Positions 9,476 to 16,986 of a DNA stretch of 64,000 nucleotides are shown one piece after another (position 1 is the stretch's first letter; each line of letters begins with the position of its first letter). The DNA is taken from the NCBI GenBank assembly GCA_964426675.1, contig CAYRRM010000014.1, forward strand, positions 922 to 64,921, given 5' to 3'. This DNA is from an uncultured Lentisphaera sp. GTDB lineage: Bacteria; Verrucomicrobiota; Lentisphaeria; Victivallales; GWF2-50-93. A program made the position numbers and the translations under genes. The notes under the pieces are model-generated. The model made no database searches. It saw only the letters and a program-made list of their open reading frames with translations, and had not been told where the DNA came from.

Positions 9476-10846
9476 ATGTCTAAAGTTCTTATTGTAGATG
9501 ATGAAACAACTATAATTGAAGTTCTCAGAAGTCTCCTTGTTCGGAATGGACACATAGTTGAAACTGCAGTTGATGGAGAAGAGGCTTTGCGTAAATTGAA
9601 AGAAGGTGTGTTTGACCTGATGATAACAGACGTAAGGCTTCCTGGTGCTATTGATGGTTTCGAATTATTGCGCCAGGGAAAAGAACTGCAATCGCATATG
9701 GCAGTGATTGTAATTACCGCTTACGCTGATGTTGACAGTGCTGTCGAGGCTATCAAGAGGGGCGCTTTTCACTATATTGCAAAGCCATTTAAATTTGATG
9801 AACTCCTTTTAACTATAGATAAGGCTTTGAATTATGAGCTTACTCTTGCGGAAAATGAGATTTTACGTAAAACTATATCTACGAAGTATCATTTTGGATT
9901 TATTGTAGGGGATAGTCGGCCGATGCTCGAAATATACAGGTTGATTGAAAAAGTAGCGAAAACAAATAGCACTGTCCTAATTCTCGGAGAAAGCGGAACA
10001 GGAAAAGAGCTTGTTGCAAGAGCCATACATAAGGCAAGTCCTCGTTACCAAAAACAGTTTGTATCTATAAATTGCGCCGCAATACCAGCTAATTTACTTG
10101 AATCTGAATTATATGGACATGTAAGAGGGGCTTTTACAGGAGCACATGCCAATAAACAGGGATTATTTGAAACAGCCAGTGGAGGAACACTGTTGCTTGA
10201 TGAAATAAGTTCAATGCCACTTGATATGCAGGCAAAACTCTTACGTACTTTGCAGGAAAAAGAAATACGTAGGGTAGGAGGGAATGAAAATATTCCAGTT
10301 GATATAAGAGTTGTGGCAGCTTCAAATTACGACCTTGAAAAAGCTGTAAAAGAAGGCAAATTTAGAGAAGATCTTTATTATAGATTGAGTGTTATACCGA
10401 TAAAAATCCCCCCATTGAGAGAGCGTAAAGAGGATATTCCGGCTCTTGTTTCGCATTTTCTGAACCTTTTTGAAGAGGAAAATAAAAAGAAAATTAAGAT
10501 AGAGGATGATGCTGTAGAGTGTTTAAAAACTTATGATTGGCCAGGTAATGTTAGAGAACTTGAAAACCTTATAAAGAGAGTTGCTACTTTATGTGAAAAT
10601 AATACTATTTCTGTTGATGATTTACCCTCACAGATTCCCAGAGTAAGGACTAAAGTAAAGGAAGAAAAAAAAGTTATCCCCCTTGACAAATTTATAGAAA
10701 AACAAACTCTTGCGTATATGAAAGAAATTTTAAGACAATGTAACAATGATTATGACAAAGCAGCATCTATTATAGGAATAAACCCAAAAGAGTTAAAGAA
10801 AAAAATAAAAATCACTCTAAAAAAGAAAAAGGAGAAAAAGAAATGA
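9476..10846 (+). CDS. Sigma-54-dependent Fis-family response regulator (NtrC-like)
   Basis: Receiver domain (MSKVLIVDDE..., DLMITDVRLPG, KPF), AAA+ sigma-54 interaction domain (GESGTGKE, GAFTGA, ESELYGH, RVVAASN, REDLYYRL) and a C-terminal HTH region. I prefer ATG 9476 over the track's TTG 9416, which adds a non-conserved leader. Confidence 0.9.
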   Translation: MSKVLIVDDETTIIEVLRSLLVRNGHIVETAVDGEEALRKLKEGVFDLMITDVRLPGAIDGFELLRQGKELQSHMAVIVITAYADVDSAVEAIKRGAFHYIAKPFKFDELLLTIDKALNYELTLAENEILRKTISTKYHFGFIVGDSRPMLEIYRLIEKVAKTNSTVLILGESGTGKELVARAIHKASPRYQKQFVSINCAAIPANLLESELYGHVRGAFTGAHANKQGLFETASGGTLLLDEISSMPLDMQAKLLRTLQEKEIRRVGGNENIPVDIRVVAASNYDLEKAVKEGKFREDLYYRLSVIPIKIPPLRERKEDIPALVSHFLNLFEEENKKKIKIEDDAVECLKTYDWPGNVRELENLIKRVATLCENNTISVDDLPSQIPRVRTKVKEEKKVIPLDKFIEKQTLAYMKEILRQCNNDYDKAASIIGINPKELKKKIKITLKKKKEKKK

Positions 10847-11370
10847 AATTAGTAAAATTATTTCTGTTAATCATTAGTTCTCTGATGTTTTTTGCAGCCT
10901 GTGAACTGATGAAACCAAAACCAGAGAAACCTGATTATCTTATTTCGATAAATGAAATTATAAAATACCCAAGGGCGTCTCAGTTAGAAAAAGAAATACC
11001 AACTATTGCAGGAACAACAAAGTGGATTTCAACCTCCCCATATCTATTTTCAAATTGTATAAAAAAAGTGGAAATACTCCCTAATGAAAAAGATAAAAAT
11101 TTTTGTGACCTCAAACTTGAACTTAATTCAAGGGGAAAATTACTATGGAATCAACTAAGTGCCGATATTATATATAAAGAAATGGGTTTTGTAGTAAATG
11201 ATGTTCTTTATAGAAAATTGACATCAGATATGATAGAAAAAGACAAGGAAAGAGATGATATTATAATTTTAAAACTTAAACTTGATCCTGTTACGGCAAA
11301 GTCAATCGCTGAATTTTCTGAAACAAATTATATCTATTATAATCCTGACGAAAAAAAATCTGCGTTTTAA
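10843..11370 (+). CDS. Hypothetical lipoprotein
   Basis: 175 aa with a signal peptide and lipobox-like FFAAC. The start overlaps the regulator stop as ATGA. No family recognised. Confidence 0.5.
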   Translation: MKLVKLFLLIISSLMFFAACELMKPKPEKPDYLISINEIIKYPRASQLEKEIPTIAGTTKWISTSPYLFSNCIKKVEILPNEKDKNFCDLKLELNSRGKLLWNQLSADIIYKEMGFVVNDVLYRKLTSDMIEKDKERDDIIILKLKLDPVTAKSIAEFSETNYIYYNPDEKKSAF

Positions 11371-11371
11371 G

Positions 11372-13498
11372 ATGTTAGAAGGTGCAAATTCAGATATATT
11401 AGAAATTATTTGTACAGCTTCAGAAGCTCCAAATTCTAAGATACTCGAAGAACTTTTACTTAGACTATCTTCTTTTGATAAATCTCATTTGTCATCTTTA
11501 AAAAATGAGTTGGATTTGATTTTTGATACCTGGGGAAATAGCCTGGAAAAAGATCAGTTAAAAGCTAATTTTACTTTAAAATTAGCCGCTTTTAATAATC
11601 CTGATACATCTTCCATTAGAAATGCGCTTGTGCTCTCCGCAAGGTGCCTCGCCCCTGATTTCCTGACAAAATCTGAAGCAGTAAAGCTGTCAAAAGCCAG
11701 AGAACCAATACCATTGAATGAAATAGCAGAGCGAATAAAAAAGATTTCATTCCTGAATAAAAAAGATTTTTGTATTTATCTGCTCAACAACAATGAATGG
11801 GTTAAAATTGTAGATTTTGACTCAATCCTTCATACAATAGAGCTTATTGGTATTTTCACTTCAGTTAAGAGGAAAATTTCTATAGATGTATTAATAGAAG
11901 ATTCACTTTTTTTCGCTTTTGATGAAAATGAGTTGAAAAAATATCTAAATGAAATTTCAGAAATATCATTTAATGAATGGAGTAATTTTCTATCTTCAGG
12001 ACTATCTGTCCTCTCGGACGAACAAATCAGGGTTATATCGCTTAATACTTTTGTTCCACAAAAAATGACTGCTGGAGAATTTACTTCGTGGGCTAACTCC
12101 GTAAATGCAAAAGAAATAAAATCGCAAAAACTTAAGCATCCTTCTGAAGCCAGAGGATTTATTGAGCTTAAAACATTGGTTGAAGATTTTGCAAAAGCTA
12201 AAAATAAAATTCATTTCTCTCCAGCTGAGGCATCAAATATAAGAGAAATAATTTTTAGGGGGAATCTTTCAGATAATGAATATATTTTTAGTGTTTTTGA
12301 GCTTTTCTCTATTATTTTTGAAATTGCATCAGACGAAGAGTCGCTTAAAAACCTCATCAGTTCTTTCAAAGACTTTATAGACAATGTCCCTATAGAAGAT
12401 GAAAAAGTTAAATATGAGCTTTTTATATCATTTGATAAATTTTCTTTATCGCGGTTAAAAAATATTTTTCTCTCGTTAAAAAAATGTAAAGGAGTTGATT
12501 TCCTTGCAAATTTAGCTCTCGAAATGCCGATAAAACTACTTTCAGCACTAACTGGAATTATAGATGAAAAAATTATTTTGGAAATTTACAACAAACGAAA
12601 TGCAAAAGCCAATGCAGATTTAATATTATGGGCGTGGCGAAATAAAAATAATACCATGATAAAAGATGCGCTAATAACGCCAGATTCTGTTTTTACGGCT
12701 CTTTCTGATAAACTCGAAAAGAAGTATCGACAAAATTCCATCAAAGACCTCAAAAAGAAATTGCTCTCCGATGATAAATTTATTTCTGAGTTGGTTTTTC
12801 ATTCAATAAATGATAATTCTCCAGAACATTTTTTGCATCTAATTGATGAAGACCACGTCCTTCTACCATCTGAAAAACAAAGTCTGATAGTAAAACTTGC
12901 AAGAGCTAATGATAAATTCAAGAAAATTATTGAGTCTGTTCACAATGCTGGCGGAATAAAGCTTTCAAAACTACTCTCGGATAAAAGCAAAGATATTAAC
13001 CAAATTGTAACTTCAATAAAATCTCATAAAGCAAAAATACTTGAATTAGAAGATATCGTTCAGAAACAAATGCCTGAAAACTCTGCCGCCATAGCTCATG
13101 CGAGATCCTATGGCGACTTGAGGGAAAACGCAGAATTCTCTGCTGCAAAAGAAAGACAAAAATTTCTCAGACGACGCAAATTCGAAATAGAAAGGGAATT
13201 AAACACAGTATCAGCAATAAGATTTACAAAAAATGATGGGGAGGAACATATTATAAAACCAGGCAGAGAAATAGTCTTGAAAAACCTTTCGAATAATGAA
13301 GTTAACAAATACTTTCTTCTCGGTGCATGGGATGGTGATCCTGAAAGAGCCTGTATCTCTTCGGAAGCAAAACTGGGAAAAACTTTAATAGGAAAGAGTC
13401 AGGGAGATATCATCAATTTTGATAATATAGACTTTGAAATAATAAAGGTCTCTTATCTCCCGGACGAACTTTTGAAAGAATTAAATAATGAAAATTAA
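11372..13498 (+). CDS. greA: GreA/GreB-family transcription elongation factor with ~555-aa N-terminal extension
   Basis: The C-terminal ~150 aa carry the GreA coiled-coil signature (ARSYGDLRENAEFSAAKERQ) and a globular domain (ISSEAKLGKTLIGKSQGD). ATG 11372 lies 2 nt after the preceding stop. The track's upstream start 11282 overlaps the lipoprotein gene. Confidence 0.75.
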   Translation: MLEGANSDILEIICTASEAPNSKILEELLLRLSSFDKSHLSSLKNELDLIFDTWGNSLEKDQLKANFTLKLAAFNNPDTSSIRNALVLSARCLAPDFLTKSEAVKLSKAREPIPLNEIAERIKKISFLNKKDFCIYLLNNNEWVKIVDFDSILHTIELIGIFTSVKRKISIDVLIEDSLFFAFDENELKKYLNEISEISFNEWSNFLSSGLSVLSDEQIRVISLNTFVPQKMTAGEFTSWANSVNAKEIKSQKLKHPSEARGFIELKTLVEDFAKAKNKIHFSPAEASNIREIIFRGNLSDNEYIFSVFELFSIIFEIASDEESLKNLISSFKDFIDNVPIEDEKVKYELFISFDKFSLSRLKNIFLSLKKCKGVDFLANLALEMPIKLLSALTGIIDEKIILEIYNKRNAKANADLILWAWRNKNNTMIKDALITPDSVFTALSDKLEKKYRQNSIKDLKKKLLSDDKFISELVFHSINDNSPEHFLHLIDEDHVLLPSEKQSLIVKLARANDKFKKIIESVHNAGGIKLSKLLSDKSKDINQIVTSIKSHKAKILELEDIVQKQMPENSAAIAHARSYGDLRENAEFSAAKERQKFLRRRKFEIERELNTVSAIRFTKNDGEEHIIKPGREIVLKNLSNNEVNKYFLLGAWDGDPERACISSEAKLGKTLIGKSQGDIINFDNIDFEIIKVSYLPDELLKELNNEN

Positions 13499-14264
13499 TA
13501 CCTTTCAATGGGAAAATTTGATACAATTTTCTAAAAGAAAAATTTCACTCAAAACCCCCGAATTAGAAGTTGTAAGTTATAAAATTCAAACACTAAAAAG
13601 AAACAGTAACCTTCATATTGTTTTCATTTCTGATACTCATTTTGGAAAATATTCACCTCCTGCAAATAAAATTATAACTTTAATAAATGATTTAAATCCA
13701 GATTACATTATATTTGGAGGAGATATTGCGTCTGAATCTTCTGGCCTTCAAGATGCATTTGAGTTCTTATCTTCTATTAAGGCAAAATATGCTAAAATTT
13801 CAGTATTAGGCAATTGGGAATTGAAAAGATCAAGATTCAAAAATTTATCTTATTGGAGAACTAATTATTTAAATGCTGGTTTTGAACTACTGCATAATAG
13901 ATTCATTGAAACAGAAGATTGTATAATATATGGTATATCTCCAAAACGACGTTTTCATAAAGGCAGTACAAATATTCCAAAAACAGAGAAAGCAATTCTT
14001 TTTTGCGCTCATTCACCTGATGATATTGTTTCTGAAGATTCTTATTTTGATCTTGCACTTTCAGGACACACTCATGCAGGACAAATAAGAATCCCACTCT
14101 TTGGAGCATTAAAAACCTCAAGTATTTACTGGAAAAAATTTGAATATGGACTTTTCAAAAGAAACGATGGCGCTAAATTGATAGTTAGCTCAGGAATCGG
14201 AACAAGTTGTTTGCCTATTAGAATATTTTGTCCACCTGAAATCGTTTCTATAAATTTATGTTGA
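13488..14264 (+). CDS. Calcineurin-like metallophosphoesterase
   Basis: Motifs HIVFISDTHFG, GGD, GNWE and GHTHAGQ in canonical order. Overlaps the greA-like stop by 11 nt. Confidence 0.85.
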   Translation: MKINTFQWENLIQFSKRKISLKTPELEVVSYKIQTLKRNSNLHIVFISDTHFGKYSPPANKIITLINDLNPDYIIFGGDIASESSGLQDAFEFLSSIKAKYAKISVLGNWELKRSRFKNLSYWRTNYLNAGFELLHNRFIETEDCIIYGISPKRRFHKGSTNIPKTEKAILFCAHSPDDIVSEDSYFDLALSGHTHAGQIRIPLFGALKTSSIYWKKFEYGLFKRNDGAKLIVSSGIGTSCLPIRIFCPPEIVSINLC

Positions 14265-14321
14265 ACACCTGAAAAAAAATAGTCATAAAAGAATTGAACA
14301 GATAACTAAACGAGGAGAACT

Positions 14322-15440
14322 ATGAAATACTTCGGGTACAATTTAATATATCCTCAAATATTTTTTTCATGTGCTTCGATTCAAAAAGCAAAAGAGTTTT
14401 TTAAAGATAAGTCCACTGTGATTCTAATTACCGGAAAGAGCGCATTAAAAAATGGCCTTCAAGAAAAATTAGAAAAAATTCTATCTGACCTGCAATACTT
14501 CTCTTTATGTGGAATTGTTGGCGAAGAAGCTCCTCTTGAATCAGTTGATGCTATTGTTGATTTTGCTAAGAAAAAAAATGCTGATGCGATTTTCGCAGTA
14601 GGGGGAGGCTCAATAATTGATGCGGCAAAAGCTGCCTCTGTGGTGATTACGAATGGGGGAAAATGTTCAGACTTTTTTTTCTCAAAAAGAAAAATCACTA
14701 AAAAAGGATTATTTCTTATTGCTGTTCCAACTACAGCTGGAACAGGCGCTGAAATCACAGAAAATTCAGTCCTGATAGAGAAAGCAACTATGATAAAAAA
14801 ATCAATCCGGGGCAAAGAACTTATTCCTGATATAGCAATAATTGATCCAGAATTGACATTTTCCTGCCCATCACATATATCAGCACAAAGTGGAATGGAT
14901 GCCCTTGTCCAGGCTATTGAATCATTTACATCCCCCGAATCAAATACCGTAAGTTCTCTTTTAGCTATGAAGGCTACAAAAATTTTGATTGAAAACTTAC
15001 CTGATGCCGTTCTGGGGAAAGAAGATGCAAAAATTTCGACAGCAGAAGGAAGTTTACTTTCTGGAATGGCTTTTTCACATACAGGTCTTGGTGCTGTGCA
15101 TGGTTTAGCTCATCCAATTGGGGCAAAGTGCTCTTTACCGCATGGAAGAGTATGTGGAATTTTGATGAGAACTATTTTTAGAGAAAATTTGAAGAAAATT
15201 AATGGGCTCTACGATGAATTAGCGAGGTTTTGCAATTGTAGTGATTCAGAGGAATTTTTAAATTTGCTCGATAAAATATCTGAAAGAATAGGAATTCCTG
15301 CGAAATTCGCAGATTCTAACTTGAAAGATGAAGATTTTAATTTTATTATAAAAAACTGTCGTAGTAGAAGCATGGAAAGGAATCCATATCAATATTCCGA
15401 TGATGAAATAAATGAAATTTTAAAGAAATTATTCACTTAA
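14322..15440 (+). CDS. Iron-containing (group III) alcohol dehydrogenase family protein
   Basis: GGGSIIDAAKA nucleotide-binding motif, PTTAGTGAE, and His-rich metal site (GLGAVHGLAHPIG). GAGGAG precedes the ATG. Confidence 0.85.
   Translation: MKYFGYNLIYPQIFFSCASIQKAKEFFKDKSTVILITGKSALKNGLQEKLEKILSDLQYFSLCGIVGEEAPLESVDAIVDFAKKKNADAIFAVGGGSIIDAAKAASVVITNGGKCSDFFFSKRKITKKGLFLIAVPTTAGTGAEITENSVLIEKATMIKKSIRGKELIPDIAIIDPELTFSCPSHISAQSGMDALVQAIESFTSPESNTVSSLLAMKATKILIENLPDAVLGKEDAKISTAEGSLLSGMAFSHTGLGAVHGLAHPIGAKCSLPHGRVCGILMRTIFRENLKKINGLYDELARFCNCSDSEEFLNLLDKISERIGIPAKFADSNLKDEDFNFIIKNCRSRSMERNPYQYSDDEINEILKKLFT
14585..14597. repeat. Iterated palindrome TGCGA-N3-TCGCA copy
   Basis: TGCGATTTTCGCA in Fe-ADH (+). 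AIFA. Confidence 0.95.
15299..15311. repeat. Iterated palindrome TGCGA-N3-TCGCA copy
   Basis: TGCGAAATTCGCA in Fe-ADH (+). AKFA. Confidence 0.95.
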
Positions 15441-15628
15441 AAAAAATTAATTTTTTTGAAAAGTTAAAGGAAGTACTTAAAAAATATGCATCATAATGCA
15501 TAATGAAATTGTGATATTTCCAAATACATATAAGTCACAATAGCGAGGTATATTGCTATAAGACAAAAATCAAATAGCTTTGAAAAATATCTTAAGTCAG
15601 ATTGAAGAAGAAAAAGTAAAAAATAAAA

Positions 15629-15721
15629 GGAGAGATGGCTGAGTGGTTGAAGGCGGCGGTCTCGAAAACCGTTATACTGTGTTTTACAGTATCGAGGGTT
15701 CGAATCCCTCTCTCTCCGCCA
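15629..15721 (+). tRNA. tRNA-Ser (anticodon CGA), CCA encoded
   Basis: GGAGAGA acceptor stem pairs with TCTCTCC. Anticodon stem-loop GCGGT-CTCGAAA-ACCGT. Long variable arm (TATACTGTGTTTTACAGTATC) typical of class II tRNA-Ser. T-arm GAGGGTTCGAATCCCTC, then GCCA. Confidence 0.9.
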
Positions 15722-16152
15722 GTTATGAAGAGAATGATTGATTTTTTTATATTGAATTCATATTAAACCTATATTTTGTGTTTATTCCAATATAATTCAG
15801 GTGCGAGGATGGCGATGGCGTATTAGCTACTCCGACCTGATGGTGACGAGCAGATATGCCGTAATGACCAAGCCCCTGTGGATTCAACTAATATGGCGCA
15901 AAATGGATAATTTCCTGAACTGCAAATACAATTCAAATCATTTTTTGAGAATATTATACTACATAAATACTTACTTATCAAATATTTATATAATATTTTT
16001 GAATTTTTCAGTAAAGTCTACTTGGCAGAATGGGCATCAGACTACCGAACAAAGCAAAAAACATAAAAATGCAGTGGAGAAAAATGGACTTTTTCAGATA
16101 CCCCTTCGTAGGGAAAGGGCTTCTCAAAACCTCCGTAGCTGCGCAACTTGGG

Positions 16153-16965
16153 TTAATTTTCTTTGAGGTTTGAGAGAAGGAATTTCTTGGGATCATTTTC
16201 CAGTCGCATTTTTGCAGGAGTGATTTTAAATTTTCTATTGAATGCTCTATAAAAGGTTTCAATATTTGTAAAACCACATAATTGAGAGATTTCCTTTATT
16301 GGTGTTTTAGTTTTTAGTAGTATTTTTCTCGCTTCAGAAAGTCGTCTATCAAGTAAGATTTCGTGAGGTGTTTTTCCAAAATATTTTTTACATATTACGT
16401 GAAGATGGGCTGGACTTACCTCTGCTATACTTGCGAGTTTCGCAATAGAAATATTTTGTGGGAATTGCTGTTTTATGAAGTTCCATAGATTTTGCATATT
16501 ATCTGGTATATTCAGACTTAATTTTCTTTTTTCAAAAAGTTGTGCTTCCCACGTTAACTTTGCGAGAATATAATTCTGAATTTCTATCTTGCTCATCAGA
16601 TTTGAATGGAAAGCATGATGAATAGTATCTGAGAAATAGATTGCTTCATCGGGGTTTCTCCATAGTGAGACATGGGGATAATTTCTTTTTTTATTTTTGT
16701 GAGAGTTGAATGTTATGCATAGACATTCATATGGTTCTTCTTTGTCGGCTTTGTAAACAGTATAGTCACCATGAATATGCCAGAACATTGTTCCGCAGCC
16801 AAATTTAATTTCTGTTTTGTATCCCTGTGGTTGGAAATAGACATATCCTCCAGTTATTAACTCAATGTATTCTATAGCTTCTGGTATTACTCTTGGATTG
16901 ATTTTTGCATTTCTTGGAGCTTTGTAATATCCTATATTTAGCAGATTATATTTTTGTTTTTTCAT
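16153..16965 (-). CDS. AraC-family transcriptional regulator
   Basis: 270 aa with a cupin-like N-terminal half. The C-terminal double HTH (IAKLASIAEVSPAHLHVICKKYFGKTPHEILLDRRLSEARKILL...ISQLCGFTNIETFYRAFNRKFKITP) is classic AraC/XylS. Confidence 0.85.
   Translation of the reverse strand: MKKQKYNLLNIGYYKAPRNAKINPRVIPEAIEYIELITGGYVYFQPQGYKTEIKFGCGTMFWHIHGDYTVYKADKEEPYECLCITFNSHKNKKRNYPHVSLWRNPDEAIYFSDTIHHAFHSNLMSKIEIQNYILAKLTWEAQLFEKRKLSLNIPDNMQNLWNFIKQQFPQNISIAKLASIAEVSPAHLHVICKKYFGKTPHEILLDRRLSEARKILLKTKTPIKEISQLCGFTNIETFYRAFNRKFKITPAKMRLENDPKKFLLSNLKEN
16432..16444. repeat. Iterated palindrome TGCGA-N3-TCGCA copy
   Basis: TGCGAGTTTCGCA in the AraC gene (-). Gene strand reads AKLA. Confidence 0.95.
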
Positions 16966-16986
16966 TCTTACTCGAATAGAACTATC

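Noticed and set aside
15440-15457. Perfect AT-only palindrome AAAAAAATTAATTTTTTT right after the ADH stop, and a TATCCT/AGGATA hairpin at 53451-53470 after the GH78 stop, considered as rho-independent terminators.
   Set aside because: The stems are too weak (no G-C pairs, or two of them). This is not distinguishable from background in AT-rich DNA.
15801-16277. Track ORFs 15801..16166 (+) and 16008..16277 (-) in the tRNA-Ser/AraC spacer.
   Set aside because: They overlap each other, start with non-ATG or weak contexts, have no recognisable motifs, and their composition changes abruptly. I treat the region as non-coding (see the GC-rich island finding).
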